DNA of 56,625 bases from Prevotella sp. (lineage in GTDB: Bacteria; Bacteroidota; Bacteroidia; Bacteroidales; Bacteroidaceae): assembly GCA_017617725.1 (NCBI GenBank), contig JAFZVR010000030.1, positions 1 to 56,625 on the forward strand. Reading direction: 5' to 3'. Positions 19,885 to 28,781 of the stretch are shown in pieces. Each line of letters begins with the position of its first letter. Positions within the stretch are counted from its first letter, which is position 1. Position numbers and translations under genes: made by a program. Below the pieces are notes generated by a model that saw only the letters and a list, made by a program, of their open reading frames with translations, did no database searches and had not been told where the DNA came from.

Positions 19885-19950
19885 AGTCAGAAAAGTGTCG
19901 GTTTTGGCTATGATAGTGCCATTACCGATGTTTTTCTTTTCTGACCTTTG
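19885..19950 (+). promoter_or_regulatory. PUL-type promoter: 21-bp-spaced direct repeat plus -7 element
   Basis: AAAAGTGTC (19891) / GATAGTGCC (19912); GACCTTTG at 19943. Confidence 0.55.
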
Positions 19951-19954
19951 CACC

Positions 19955-20113
19955 CAGAATAATACTAACTCAGCATTCTCAAGTTGAGTGTGGTATAAGT
20001 AGTTAATAAGTGAATACGAAACATAAGATAGTTATTAGTTTTTTTTGTAAAAAGTTTTAGTTAGTATCGCAGTTTTCTGCCAGAGCGACACCGTGATGGT
20101 GTCGCTTTTTTTT
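19955..20113 (+). ncRNA. Candidate ~155-nt small RNA
   Basis: Own -7 element, no plus-strand ORF, U-rich body, strong terminator. Confidence 0.55.
20084..20113 (+). terminator. Rho-independent terminator
   Basis: AGCGACACC gtgat GGTGTCGCT followed by T7. Confidence 0.85.
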
Positions 20114-20114
20114 G

Positions 20115-20174
20115 CAAAGTGTCAAACAGTAGCAAGAAAGTGTTAGGGTATTTGTAGTTTTATGTCTAATATTG
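20115..20174 (+). promoter_or_regulatory. Promoter of the main mannan operon with direct-repeat activator site
   Basis: CAAAGTGTCA (20115) / GAAAGTGTTA (20136); TAATATTG at 20167. Confidence 0.55.
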
Positions 20175-20209
20175 CAGTCGGAAATATGAATGAGCTAAAA
20201 ACCAACTAT

Positions 20210-21328
20210 ATGAAGCATTATTATTATTTGGCATTACTACTTTTGCTGATTGTTTGCAGCAAAGATGCAGACGCCAAACCAAAGGGGCCAAATGATCCAC
20301 AATTGGAAACAGTCGTGAACACTAACATCTGTGAGACGCTCGTTAATCCCAATGCGACGGCAGAGGCACAGGCGCTCTATCAGAAGATGTGTAGAGTATA
20401 TAGTAAGAAGGCCATCTCCGGTGTTGTAGCCGATATCGACTGGAACACTCGCGAAGCGGACAATGTACATAAGTGGACTGGCAAATGGCCGGTTATCAAT
20501 GTCTTTGACTTCATAAACATACATGCTTCGACAGATGTAAATCCCAAAGGATGGCTCAACTATTCGGACATGACGCCTGTGACCCAATGGCATCAGATGG
20601 GTGGTGTCGTTGGTTGTATGTGGCACTGGCAGGTGAAAGCCAATAATGGCACGGATATGACATGCTCTCCGGGTACGAAGCCCACAGAGACAGCCTTCGA
20701 TGCGTCAAAGGTGTATCAGGCAGGTACTGACGAAAATAAGCTCGCAGTGAAACAGCTCACACAGGTTTGTGGCTATCTGAGGAAGATGCAGACAAAGGGA
20801 ATACCTGTCATCTGGCGTCCGTTCCATGAGGCTGCCGGCAACACTTACGAGTTTGAAGGTGGTGGCGCGTGGTTCTGGTGGGGTGCCAAGGGCCCTGAAG
20901 TGTATAAGAAACTGTGGCGTTGGATGTATGATTTCATGGTGACACAGCAGGGACTGAATAACCTCATCTGGGTGTGGACTTCTCAGACAGAGGATAATGC
21001 ATGGTATCCAGGTGATGATGTCGTTGATATTGTTGGTCGCGATAACTATTCTGCACTGATGTATCCGCTTATGAAAGAATATAATGCTTTGTCTAAACAA
21101 TATCCTAATAAGATGATAACACTCGCAGAGTGCGGCAACGGTGACGAGGTACACATGTCCCTGTGGTCGAAGATATGGACGCAGGGCTCACGGTGGCTGT
21201 GGTTCATGCCGTGGTATGACCACGCCTATAATGAAGGCAATAGCGACACTCATCAGTTTGCCGATGCCGACTGGTGGAAGGATGCCTTCAATAGCGGCAC
21301 AGTGATGGACCGTAACGAGTGGCAATAA
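20210..21328 (+). CDS. GH26 beta-mannanase
   Basis: WRPFHEAAG acid/base, WFWWG, NNLIWVW, WYPGDDVVDIVGRD and LAECG nucleophile; signal peptide from ATG 20210. Confidence 0.9.
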   Translation: MKHYYYLALLLLLIVCSKDADAKPKGPNDPQLETVVNTNICETLVNPNATAEAQALYQKMCRVYSKKAISGVVADIDWNTREADNVHKWTGKWPVINVFDFINIHASTDVNPKGWLNYSDMTPVTQWHQMGGVVGCMWHWQVKANNGTDMTCSPGTKPTETAFDASKVYQAGTDENKLAVKQLTQVCGYLRKMQTKGIPVIWRPFHEAAGNTYEFEGGGAWFWWGAKGPEVYKKLWRWMYDFMVTQQGLNNLIWVWTSQTEDNAWYPGDDVVDIVGRDNYSALMYPLMKEYNALSKQYPNKMITLAECGNGDEVHMSLWSKIWTQGSRWLWFMPWYDHAYNEGNSDTHQFADADWWKDAFNSGTVMDRNEWQ

Positions 21329-21387
21329 TCCAGCCTCTAACCCCAGACCCAGTATCACCTCCTAACTAATTATTTTATTATAATGTT

Positions 21388-22560
21388 ATGAATAAGAAAA
21401 CAATACTGCTGTTTCTTTGTTGCTTCACCTATTTACTCCCCTCGCCCTTTGGAGAGGGACTGGGGGTGAGGCTTTTTGCCGTTGAACGTACCATCCTCCT
21501 TGGTCCGAAAACCATCGGTCCCGGATGGAAAGACAACATACTGTTGGAGGCACGCCACTTCCAAAATGCCAAGGCTGGCGACATTGTGACCGTCTATCAC
21601 GACAATGCCAAGCGCACAGCACAAGGTGCCTTTCAGGATCCACAGGACTGGCAGGGTGTGGCACCGGAATACGGATGCTTCAATATCGGTGGTCCGTTCC
21701 GTATGACCCTCAATGACGAGATACTTCAGAAACTACGTACTCGTGGCTGTTATATCGGTGGTCACGACTATCGCATCCTGCGTGTCACGCTGACCCCGGG
21801 CGAGGAGTTCGTGGAGAAGATAGTGTGGCGCGGACCGGCAAAGCAGATGGCTCCCGACTGGAGCGTCAGTGCAGAGTTGCCGGCGTCATGTTTCAAGAAT
21901 CTGAAACTCGGTGATGGTCTCGTTATCCACGCATCAAAAGTGGAACCAGGTGCTGCCGCGAAAATCATGGACTTCACATGGAACGTCCTTGAGCGTGCCA
22001 CTGACGGCATCCCTGTCGGTCCGGATGGCTGTACCTATTATATTAATGACGACGCCCCGTTGTTGAAACTGCAGTTGGCAGGCAAGGGCGACAATGTCGC
22101 TATGCGCATCGGCGGCAAGGGCTACCGTTTAGACAAGGTAGGCATCGTGTCATTCATCGGAGAGCGTAGCGAGGACCTCACGGATGTGCAGTGTGCTCCT
22201 AAGGAGTATAAGCTTCAGCCAGGTGAGCTCTTCCATGGCGAGAAGCTCTTCCCTAACGACTGGAGCGGTAACCTCCGACTGACAGCCGAGCCGTTCCAGG
22301 AGTGCACGGAAAATGATGTGATGATATTCCACTACGAACTGCTTAAGGACTGTCCCAACCCACAGATGTCGTTCCGCGAGAATAAAGGGAAATGGTATGA
22401 CATTACAGGACAGCAGGAGCCGGTATGGTACCAGCTCGACGGCAACGATGTGGTGTTGACCTTCGATGCCGTGAGCTTAGACAAAGTGAAGACAAAGGGA
22501 CTCGTCGTCACAGGCCTCGGCTTCACACTGACCCGGATAGAGCTGATATCAGCGCAATAA
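21388..22560 (+). CDS. Secreted protein made of three unclassified CBM-like modules
   Basis: Signal peptide; 3x W..G....W...F.N.K.GD....G.V.G..(Y/F)...(R/K)V.L, also present in the CE7 proteins. Confidence 0.65.
   Translation: MNKKTILLFLCCFTYLLPSPFGEGLGVRLFAVERTILLGPKTIGPGWKDNILLEARHFQNAKAGDIVTVYHDNAKRTAQGAFQDPQDWQGVAPEYGCFNIGGPFRMTLNDEILQKLRTRGCYIGGHDYRILRVTLTPGEEFVEKIVWRGPAKQMAPDWSVSAELPASCFKNLKLGDGLVIHASKVEPGAAAKIMDFTWNVLERATDGIPVGPDGCTYYINDDAPLLKLQLAGKGDNVAMRIGGKGYRLDKVGIVSFIGERSEDLTDVQCAPKEYKLQPGELFHGEKLFPNDWSGNLRLTAEPFQECTENDVMIFHYELLKDCPNPQMSFRENKGKWYDITGQQEPVWYQLDGNDVVLTFDAVSLDKVKTKGLVVTGLGFTLTRIELISAQ
21435..21473 (+). repeat. REP-like palindrome inserted in frame in a signal peptide (LPSPFGEGLGVR)
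   Basis: TCCCCTCGCCCTTTGGAGAGGGACTGGGGGTGAGG, matching the reverse complement of 33593-33631. Confidence 0.7.
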
Positions 22561-22619
22561 AAACTTAGATCATCTAGAACATCTAGAATAACTAGAAACA
22601 ACCAAAATAATCAAAAACA

Positions 22620-25600
22620 ATGCGTAAATGGATTCTTATTTGCCTCATGCTACTGATATGTAGCATTGTTGTGGAGGCACAGACGAAGATCACAGGTCGC
22701 GTGATGGATGGAGCGATGGCGGGGGAACCGCTCATTGGAGCTACCATCCAAGTGCCTGGCACCTCTGTCGGCGCCATTAGTGACCTTGATGGAAACTTCT
22801 CCTTCGATATTCCCGAGGGGAAGTTCATCATTCAGATCTCAATGATTGGCTACAAGACACAGGTGGTCAATGTGAAAGGAAAGACACAGATTGAGGTGAC
22901 ACTGCAGGAAGACGCTGCCATGATGGAGGATGTGGTTGTCGTCGGCTACGGAACAATGAAGAAGCGCGACCTGTCGGGCTCCGTCTCCCAGATTAAGAGT
23001 GACGACCTGATGAAAGGCGGTGCTGTGGATGTGGCACACGGACTGCAGGGAAAGATCGCCGGTGTGCAGGTGCAACAGAGCGACGGCTCGCCAGGTGCCG
23101 GCGTAAGCATCACGGTACGTGGTGCCAACTCGTTCACCACCTCCTCACAGCCGTTGTATATCGTTGACGGCATTCCTTTCGGCACTGACCCTAATGGAGC
23201 ACCGTCGAGTGATGCTAACAGTGGTAACAACCAGCAGACATCCCCTCTGTCGATGATTAATCCCAACGACATCGAGAAGATAGAGGTGCTGAAGGATGCT
23301 TCGGCAACGGCAATCTATGGTTCGCGTGGTGCCAACGGTGTCGTCATCATCACGACAAAGAAAGGACAGACTGGCAAGCCGGTAGTGGAAGCCAGTATGA
23401 AATGGACCATGTCGAAAAGAGGGAAGAAGGTGAAGATGCTCGACCCGTACCATTATGCCCTCTATCAGAACGAGGCCAACGAGAACAGTGTATACTATGA
23501 GGGCGGCACACAGCGCAACCCGTATCGCGGGGAGTGGACATACCCATATACCGGTGGCTCCTTCATCTATACACAGGGTACATATAATCCGTCACCGGAA
23601 GACTTCCTCAATCCGGGACAGCGCACTGACGAATATGGCAATGTCGACTATGTGGAAGGTGCCGACTGGCAGGATGAGATATACCAGACAGGATGGGCAC
23701 AGGAATATAATGCCAGCGTCAGCGGCGGTAGTGACAAGGGCTGGTATGCCTTCTCCGGCAGCTACACCAAGCAGGATGGTATCATCAAGAATACAGGATA
23801 TAAGCGCTATGGACTGAGCATCAACATCAGCCGCCATATCACCAACTGGTTGGAGATAGGTACCAGCAGCCATTTCACCAATGCAACGACAGACTTCCAG
23901 CGTACCAACTCCGAGAATACTGCGATAATCCGCTCGGCACTCATCTTCCCACCGACAACACGTGAGGAAAGCGACCAGACAGACTGGCTGGCGGCAAACC
24001 CCGTGAACTATGTCAACGGTGCCACAGACCGCCTGAAGCAGATATCATGGTTCTCGTCATCATTTGCCGAGGCAAAGATAACATCGTGGCTGAAGTTCCG
24101 CCAGAATCTCGGACTCGGTTATAACGACGGACATCGTAACACATACTACAACCGTTTGACACAGGAAGGAAAGTCGCCGATAAACGGTAAGGCAGGCAAG
24201 GCCACGAACACATGGAAGAGCTTCACCTCCGAGAGCCTTCTCACTGCCGACAAGACTTTCGGTATACATAAGCTGAATGCTGTGGCAGGTGTCACCTTCG
24301 AGAGCGGACGTGGTGAGTCGATGAGCATGACCGCCACCAACTTCCCCAATGACCTGACACGCGGTGCCGACATATCCATGGCACTCGACCGTCCGGTGGT
24401 GAAGAGTGACCCAGAGACAAAGATGAACCTGGAGTCGTTCCTTGCACGACTGAACTACACATTATTAGATAAATACCTCTTTACGGCATCGGTACGTACC
24501 GATGGCTCGTCAGCGTTCCGTGACAATAAGAAGTGGGCAACATTCCTCAGTGGCGCCTTTGCGTGGCGTGCCATAGACGAGAAGTTCATTCAGGATCTGA
24601 ACTTCTTCTCGAACCTGAAGTTCCGCCTCTCGTATGGTGAGACAGGTAACCAGGGTATCGGTGCATATCGTACGCTCGCCGTGCTGCAAGCAGCCAACTA
24701 TCCGTATAACGGTTCCCTCTCCAGCGGTATGTCCATGATAGACTGGCGCGGACCGCAGAACCCTAACCTGAAGTGGGAGACAACGGCACAGTTCAATGCC
24801 GGTATCGACTTCGGATGGCTTAACAACAGGCTGCAACTCACCGTCGACTATTATTACAAGAAGACGCGCGACCTGTTGCAGAATGTCACAATCCCGTCCT
24901 CGTCCGGTTTCAGCCAGCAGCTCGTGAACAGCGGTAACGTAACGAATGAAGGTCTTGAGCTGACACTCTCTTTCGATGTGTTGCGTAACAGTCCTGTCAA
25001 ATGGAACTTCGTTGCTAATATGGCATTCAACAAAAACCGTATCGGCGGACTCGACGGTGACCAGTATGCTACGGCATTGTGGTCGAAGGCTGATCAGGTG
25101 TTCCTGCAGCGCAACGGTTGTCCTATAGGAACACTCTACGGATATGTGGAAGACGGCTTCTATGACAATATCGCTGAGGTGCGCTCCAACAAGGCATACG
25201 CAGGGCTCTCTGACGCCGAGGCAATGCGCTATGTGGGAGAAATAAAATACCGTGACCTCAATGGCGACGGACAGATAACACAGGATGACCGTACCATCAT
25301 CGGTGATACCAATCCTGATTTCACCTATTCGTTTACGAACAATGTCAGCTATAAGGACTTCACGTTGAGCTTCATGCTACAGGGTTCCCATGGTAACGAT
25401 ATCTTCAACTACAACCTCACGGATATAACCATGTCGAATATCGGTAATATCACAGCCGATGCATATAACTCACGATGGACGGCAGAGACAGCGGAAACAG
25501 CAAAATGGCCGAAAGCAACGGCAGGGTACACCCGTACATGGCTCGTCAGCGACCGCTACGTGGAGGATGGCTCATATCTGAAGATGAAATATGTCACGCT

Positions 25601-25805
25601 GAGCTACGACTGGAAGCGCCCGATAAAGGGCATAGAGAAGATAGCCTTCTCACTGACAGCTAACAACCTCTTCACAATAACAGACTATTCTTGGTTCGAC
25701 CCGGATGTGAATGCCGGTGGACAGAATGCTGCCTGTCCGGGAGTGGACAGCTACAGCTATCCTTCTGCTCGCTCGTTTGCGTTTGGTATTAATTTCACAT
25801 TCTAA
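22620..25805 (+). CDS. susC: SusC/RagA TonB-dependent transporter
   Basis: VVVVGYGT, PLYIVDG, IEVLKDASATAIYGSRGANGVVIITTKKG, NPNLKWETT; C-terminal F. Confidence 0.96.
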   Translation: MRKWILICLMLLICSIVVEAQTKITGRVMDGAMAGEPLIGATIQVPGTSVGAISDLDGNFSFDIPEGKFIIQISMIGYKTQVVNVKGKTQIEVTLQEDAAMMEDVVVVGYGTMKKRDLSGSVSQIKSDDLMKGGAVDVAHGLQGKIAGVQVQQSDGSPGAGVSITVRGANSFTTSSQPLYIVDGIPFGTDPNGAPSSDANSGNNQQTSPLSMINPNDIEKIEVLKDASATAIYGSRGANGVVIITTKKGQTGKPVVEASMKWTMSKRGKKVKMLDPYHYALYQNEANENSVYYEGGTQRNPYRGEWTYPYTGGSFIYTQGTYNPSPEDFLNPGQRTDEYGNVDYVEGADWQDEIYQTGWAQEYNASVSGGSDKGWYAFSGSYTKQDGIIKNTGYKRYGLSINISRHITNWLEIGTSSHFTNATTDFQRTNSENTAIIRSALIFPPTTREESDQTDWLAANPVNYVNGATDRLKQISWFSSSFAEAKITSWLKFRQNLGLGYNDGHRNTYYNRLTQEGKSPINGKAGKATNTWKSFTSESLLTADKTFGIHKLNAVAGVTFESGRGESMSMTATNFPNDLTRGADISMALDRPVVKSDPETKMNLESFLARLNYTLLDKYLFTASVRTDGSSAFRDNKKWATFLSGAFAWRAIDEKFIQDLNFFSNLKFRLSYGETGNQGIGAYRTLAVLQAANYPYNGSLSSGMSMIDWRGPQNPNLKWETTAQFNAGIDFGWLNNRLQLTVDYYYKKTRDLLQNVTIPSSSGFSQQLVNSGNVTNEGLELTLSFDVLRNSPVKWNFVANMAFNKNRIGGLDGDQYATALWSKADQVFLQRNGCPIGTLYGYVEDGFYDNIAEVRSNKAYAGLSDAEAMRYVGEIKYRDLNGDGQITQDDRTIIGDTNPDFTYSFTNNVSYKDFTLSFMLQGSHGNDIFNYNLTDITMSNIGNITADAYNSRWTAETAETAKWPKATAGYTRTWLVSDRYVEDGSYLKMKYVTLSYDWKRPIKGIEKIAFSLTANNLFTITDYSWFDPDVNAGGQNAACPGVDSYSYPSARSFAFGINFTF

Positions 25806-25809
25806 AAGC

Positions 25810-27558
25810 ATGAAGACTATGAAGAAAATATATGTTTATCTGACATTCTGTCTTGCATTTATCGTCTGTACGACAAGTTGTAATAGTTGGATAGAAGAGA
25901 ACCCCGACGGACTGGTTACCGACGAGCGCGTAGGCGACTCGCAGGATGCTGCCGAGCAGTGGGTGACTGGCACCTACTCCAAGTTGATATACGACATGTT
26001 CTGCTGGGGCTATTTCCCACGTGTCTTAGAGTTCGATGCTGACTATATCAGTGGTCCCGACTGGCTCTTCGGAACCTTCGGAGCCGGTAACTTCCAAGGC
26101 GAGAGTGACGTGACGGATGCCCTGTGGAAAGGTGGCTATGGACTCATAGCACGTGCCAACAATGCGGAGCGCCATATCGCGGATATGAAGAATATCAGTG
26201 ATGACGTCAGAAACAATGCCATCGGCGAACTGAAGTTCTTGAAGGGCTTTGCCTACTTCCTGATGGTACGTGCCTACGGACCAATACCAATACAACCTGA
26301 GGAAGAGACGACAGACTATAACCAGCCGCGACAGTCGATAGAGACCGTATATGCATATATAACGAAGAATCTCGAGGAGGCTGCGGAGATGATGTATAAG
26401 AACACCGACAGCCGCTACCAGAAGGGACATGCGTCGGCAGGAAGTGCTGCCGGACTGCTCGCAAAGGTCTATGCTACACAGGCAGCAGCAGCAATGCCTG
26501 TGGGAACAGATATCATAGTGCGGACAGGACAGCCATACACCTCCTCTGGCGACGACAAGGAGTATGCACCACTGCAGACGAAGACGTTTGCCAAGAGCAG
26601 TGTCAGTGGATATGAGCAGATGGATGCACAGGCACTCTATGCCAAGGCTGCTGAATGGGCAAATAAGGTCATCGACGGAGAATATGGTGACTACGAGCTG
26701 CTTGCCTACGACCAGCTATGGAAGAAAGCCAACTGCAATGCGTCAGAGTTTATGTTCACCCTAAACACTGTCAGTGGTGATGCTACATATAAGGTAAGCG
26801 TGCACGCACAGTATGAGGGTTACATGACAGAGCAGGGAGGTGACTTCATCCAGGAAGGCGGATGGGTAGGATGCACACGCCACTGGTACGACCTCTTCGA
26901 CAGTCAGGACCTCCGCATCGTGAAGGGTGTGAAACACCGCTGGCGCGTAAAGACACAGCGCGAGAGCAACACCGGCTTCTACTATCCGAATACAGAGGAG
27001 TATTCCATCGCCGCCACGGGCTTTGACCTCGAGGGTAATTGGGTGTCAGATCCTACGGGCATCTATGCTGACGGAGTGTCATACTATTATTCACAGGATG
27101 CCCAGTGTCTGGCATTCACAACCAAATACATGGATGTGACAAACGATGCTATCAATAATGCCGATGCCAACTTCCCGTTCCTGCGCTACGCCGACGTACT
27201 GCTTATCTATGCAGAGGCACAGTGCGAGCTGGGTAATGCAACGGAGGCAATAACCTATCTGAACAAGGTGCGTACTCGCAGCAATGCAACCCTTGCTGAC
27301 GCAGCCACCCTTGACACACAGACGAAACTACGCTCGGCAATCATCGAGGAGCGTGCGAAGGAGTTTGCATGTGAGGCAGACCGCCGCTGGGACCTCATAC
27401 GTTGGGGCATATACCTGCAGGCGATGAATGCCATTGGTGGCAGTGATGATGCCGGCGTGATGAAGACACGCCAGGAGCGTAACCTTCTCTTCCCGATACC
27501 TGCACCGGAGCTGAATACCAACAAGGCGATAACAGAGAATAACCCGGGATGGAACTAA
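25810..27558 (+). CDS. susD: SusD/RagB lipoprotein
   Basis: Lipobox TTSC; LRYADVLLIYAEA, ERAKEFACEADRRWDLIRWG and ENNPGW; start moved to ATG after the susC stop. Confidence 0.94.
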   Translation: MKTMKKIYVYLTFCLAFIVCTTSCNSWIEENPDGLVTDERVGDSQDAAEQWVTGTYSKLIYDMFCWGYFPRVLEFDADYISGPDWLFGTFGAGNFQGESDVTDALWKGGYGLIARANNAERHIADMKNISDDVRNNAIGELKFLKGFAYFLMVRAYGPIPIQPEEETTDYNQPRQSIETVYAYITKNLEEAAEMMYKNTDSRYQKGHASAGSAAGLLAKVYATQAAAAMPVGTDIIVRTGQPYTSSGDDKEYAPLQTKTFAKSSVSGYEQMDAQALYAKAAEWANKVIDGEYGDYELLAYDQLWKKANCNASEFMFTLNTVSGDATYKVSVHAQYEGYMTEQGGDFIQEGGWVGCTRHWYDLFDSQDLRIVKGVKHRWRVKTQRESNTGFYYPNTEEYSIAATGFDLEGNWVSDPTGIYADGVSYYYSQDAQCLAFTTKYMDVTNDAINNADANFPFLRYADVLLIYAEAQCELGNATEAITYLNKVRTRSNATLADAATLDTQTKLRSAIIEERAKEFACEADRRWDLIRWGIYLQAMNAIGGSDDAGVMKTRQERNLLFPIPAPELNTNKAITENNPGWN

Positions 27559-27560
27559 TT

Positions 27561-27629
27561 AGAGTTGAGAGTTTAGAGTTGAGAGTTTAGAGTTGAGAGT
27601 TTAGAGTTAAGAATTAAGAGTTTAAAGTT
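27561..27629 (+). repeat. 7-bp tandem repeat AGAGTT(G/T), about 10 units
   Basis: agagttg agagttt agagttg agagttt... fills the susD-SGBP spacer. Confidence 0.85.
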
Positions 27630-28769
27630 ATGATAGCTAAAACTATAAAACACTATATAGCCGTGTGTTCGGTGTGTTGCGGTTTTGCCGCAACAGTAAT
27701 GAGCTGTAGCGACGTAGTAGACTACAACGACGGATACACACCGGCCGACGAGAGAGCTAACAATGGCGCACCGGTGATAACGGCTGTCTATGATATTACC
27801 GATACGGAATACCAGACGCCACTGACGGAGGCTGAGCGTGGACAGGTGCTGTGTATCGTCGGTGAGAACCTGAACAACTTGCAGTCGTTGGTGTTCAATA
27901 CCGTAGAGGCTGACCTCAGCCAGACATATACGGCAAGCACGAAAGCTATAGTGCGGGTGCCAGAGGAGTACTCCAGACTGCGTGAGAATACCATAGTATA
28001 TACCACCGACAAGGGGACGGCCGTATACTCCTTCGCCATAGCACTGCCTGACGCAGAATTCTATGGTCTGGTCAATGAGTTTGCTGCACCCGGCACACAA
28101 GCTGTAGTGACGGGCAAGAATCTGCAATACTATGATTTCACACTCACCCTAAACGGCGAGGAGCTGCCATTGTCGCTCGATGATACAGAACTGTCGTTCA
28201 CCGTACCTGAGGGGACGGCTGATAACAGCAAATTCGTGGTTAGCTGGATAACAGCTCGCGGAGAGACAAAGAGTGTGGAACTGGCTTATCGTCCCACGAA
28301 CAATCTGTTGTTTGCCAATATAGCGCAGGCTATCACGCAGACTGACCGTTGCGTGTCTATAGAGACAAGTGAGTTGGGACAGCCGTGCATTCATTTCAAC
28401 GGACTCATCACTGAGTGGGCATGGGTGGAACTGAGCTTCACACAACCGGCACGCGAGATATGCGATGCGGCATCAGTGGGACAGTATAACCTCGTCTTCG
28501 AAGTGCAGAATGCCGAAGGTAAACCGCTTCTTGATAAAGGCTATGAGTTTGCATGGAACTGGGACTGGAATAACAGCTACCAGTGGACCCCCAGTGACGG
28601 CTACGACACCGCCGGACAGTGGCGTACCGTGCGTTTCTCTCTCGACCAGATGGCACCTAATGGACTGGGTGCTGTCGGCAACGAGATGGTGTTTAACATT
28701 GGCTTCCAGCCATATAAGGACTACGATGCCGATTTCCGCTTTGCTAATTTCCGTATAGAGAAAAAATAA
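27630..28769 (+). CDS. Surface glycan-binding lipoprotein (SusE-positioned; IPT/TIG domains plus C-terminal binding domain)
   Basis: Lipobox VMSC; APVITAV..GENL and GKNL IPT-like motifs; Trp-rich C-terminus (GQWRTVRF); immediately after susD. Confidence 0.75.
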   Translation: MIAKTIKHYIAVCSVCCGFAATVMSCSDVVDYNDGYTPADERANNGAPVITAVYDITDTEYQTPLTEAERGQVLCIVGENLNNLQSLVFNTVEADLSQTYTASTKAIVRVPEEYSRLRENTIVYTTDKGTAVYSFAIALPDAEFYGLVNEFAAPGTQAVVTGKNLQYYDFTLTLNGEELPLSLDDTELSFTVPEGTADNSKFVVSWITARGETKSVELAYRPTNNLLFANIAQAITQTDRCVSIETSELGQPCIHFNGLITEWAWVELSFTQPAREICDAASVGQYNLVFEVQNAEGKPLLDKGYEFAWNWDWNNSYQWTPSDGYDTAGQWRTVRFSLDQMAPNGLGAVGNEMVFNIGFQPYKDYDADFRFANFRIEKK

Positions 28770-28781
28770 AAACAGACTACG

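Noticed and set aside
19965-20024. Minus-strand 19-aa ORF MFRIHLLTTYTTLNLRMLS with an A-rich leader
   Set aside because: The promoter and terminator polarity favour a plus-strand RNA; the ORF is probably a by-product of the anti-initiation sequence, though not excluded.
25711-25809. Extended N-terminus of SusD overlapping susC
   Set aside because: The lipoprotein signal starts at ATG 25810 or 25819, after the susC stop.
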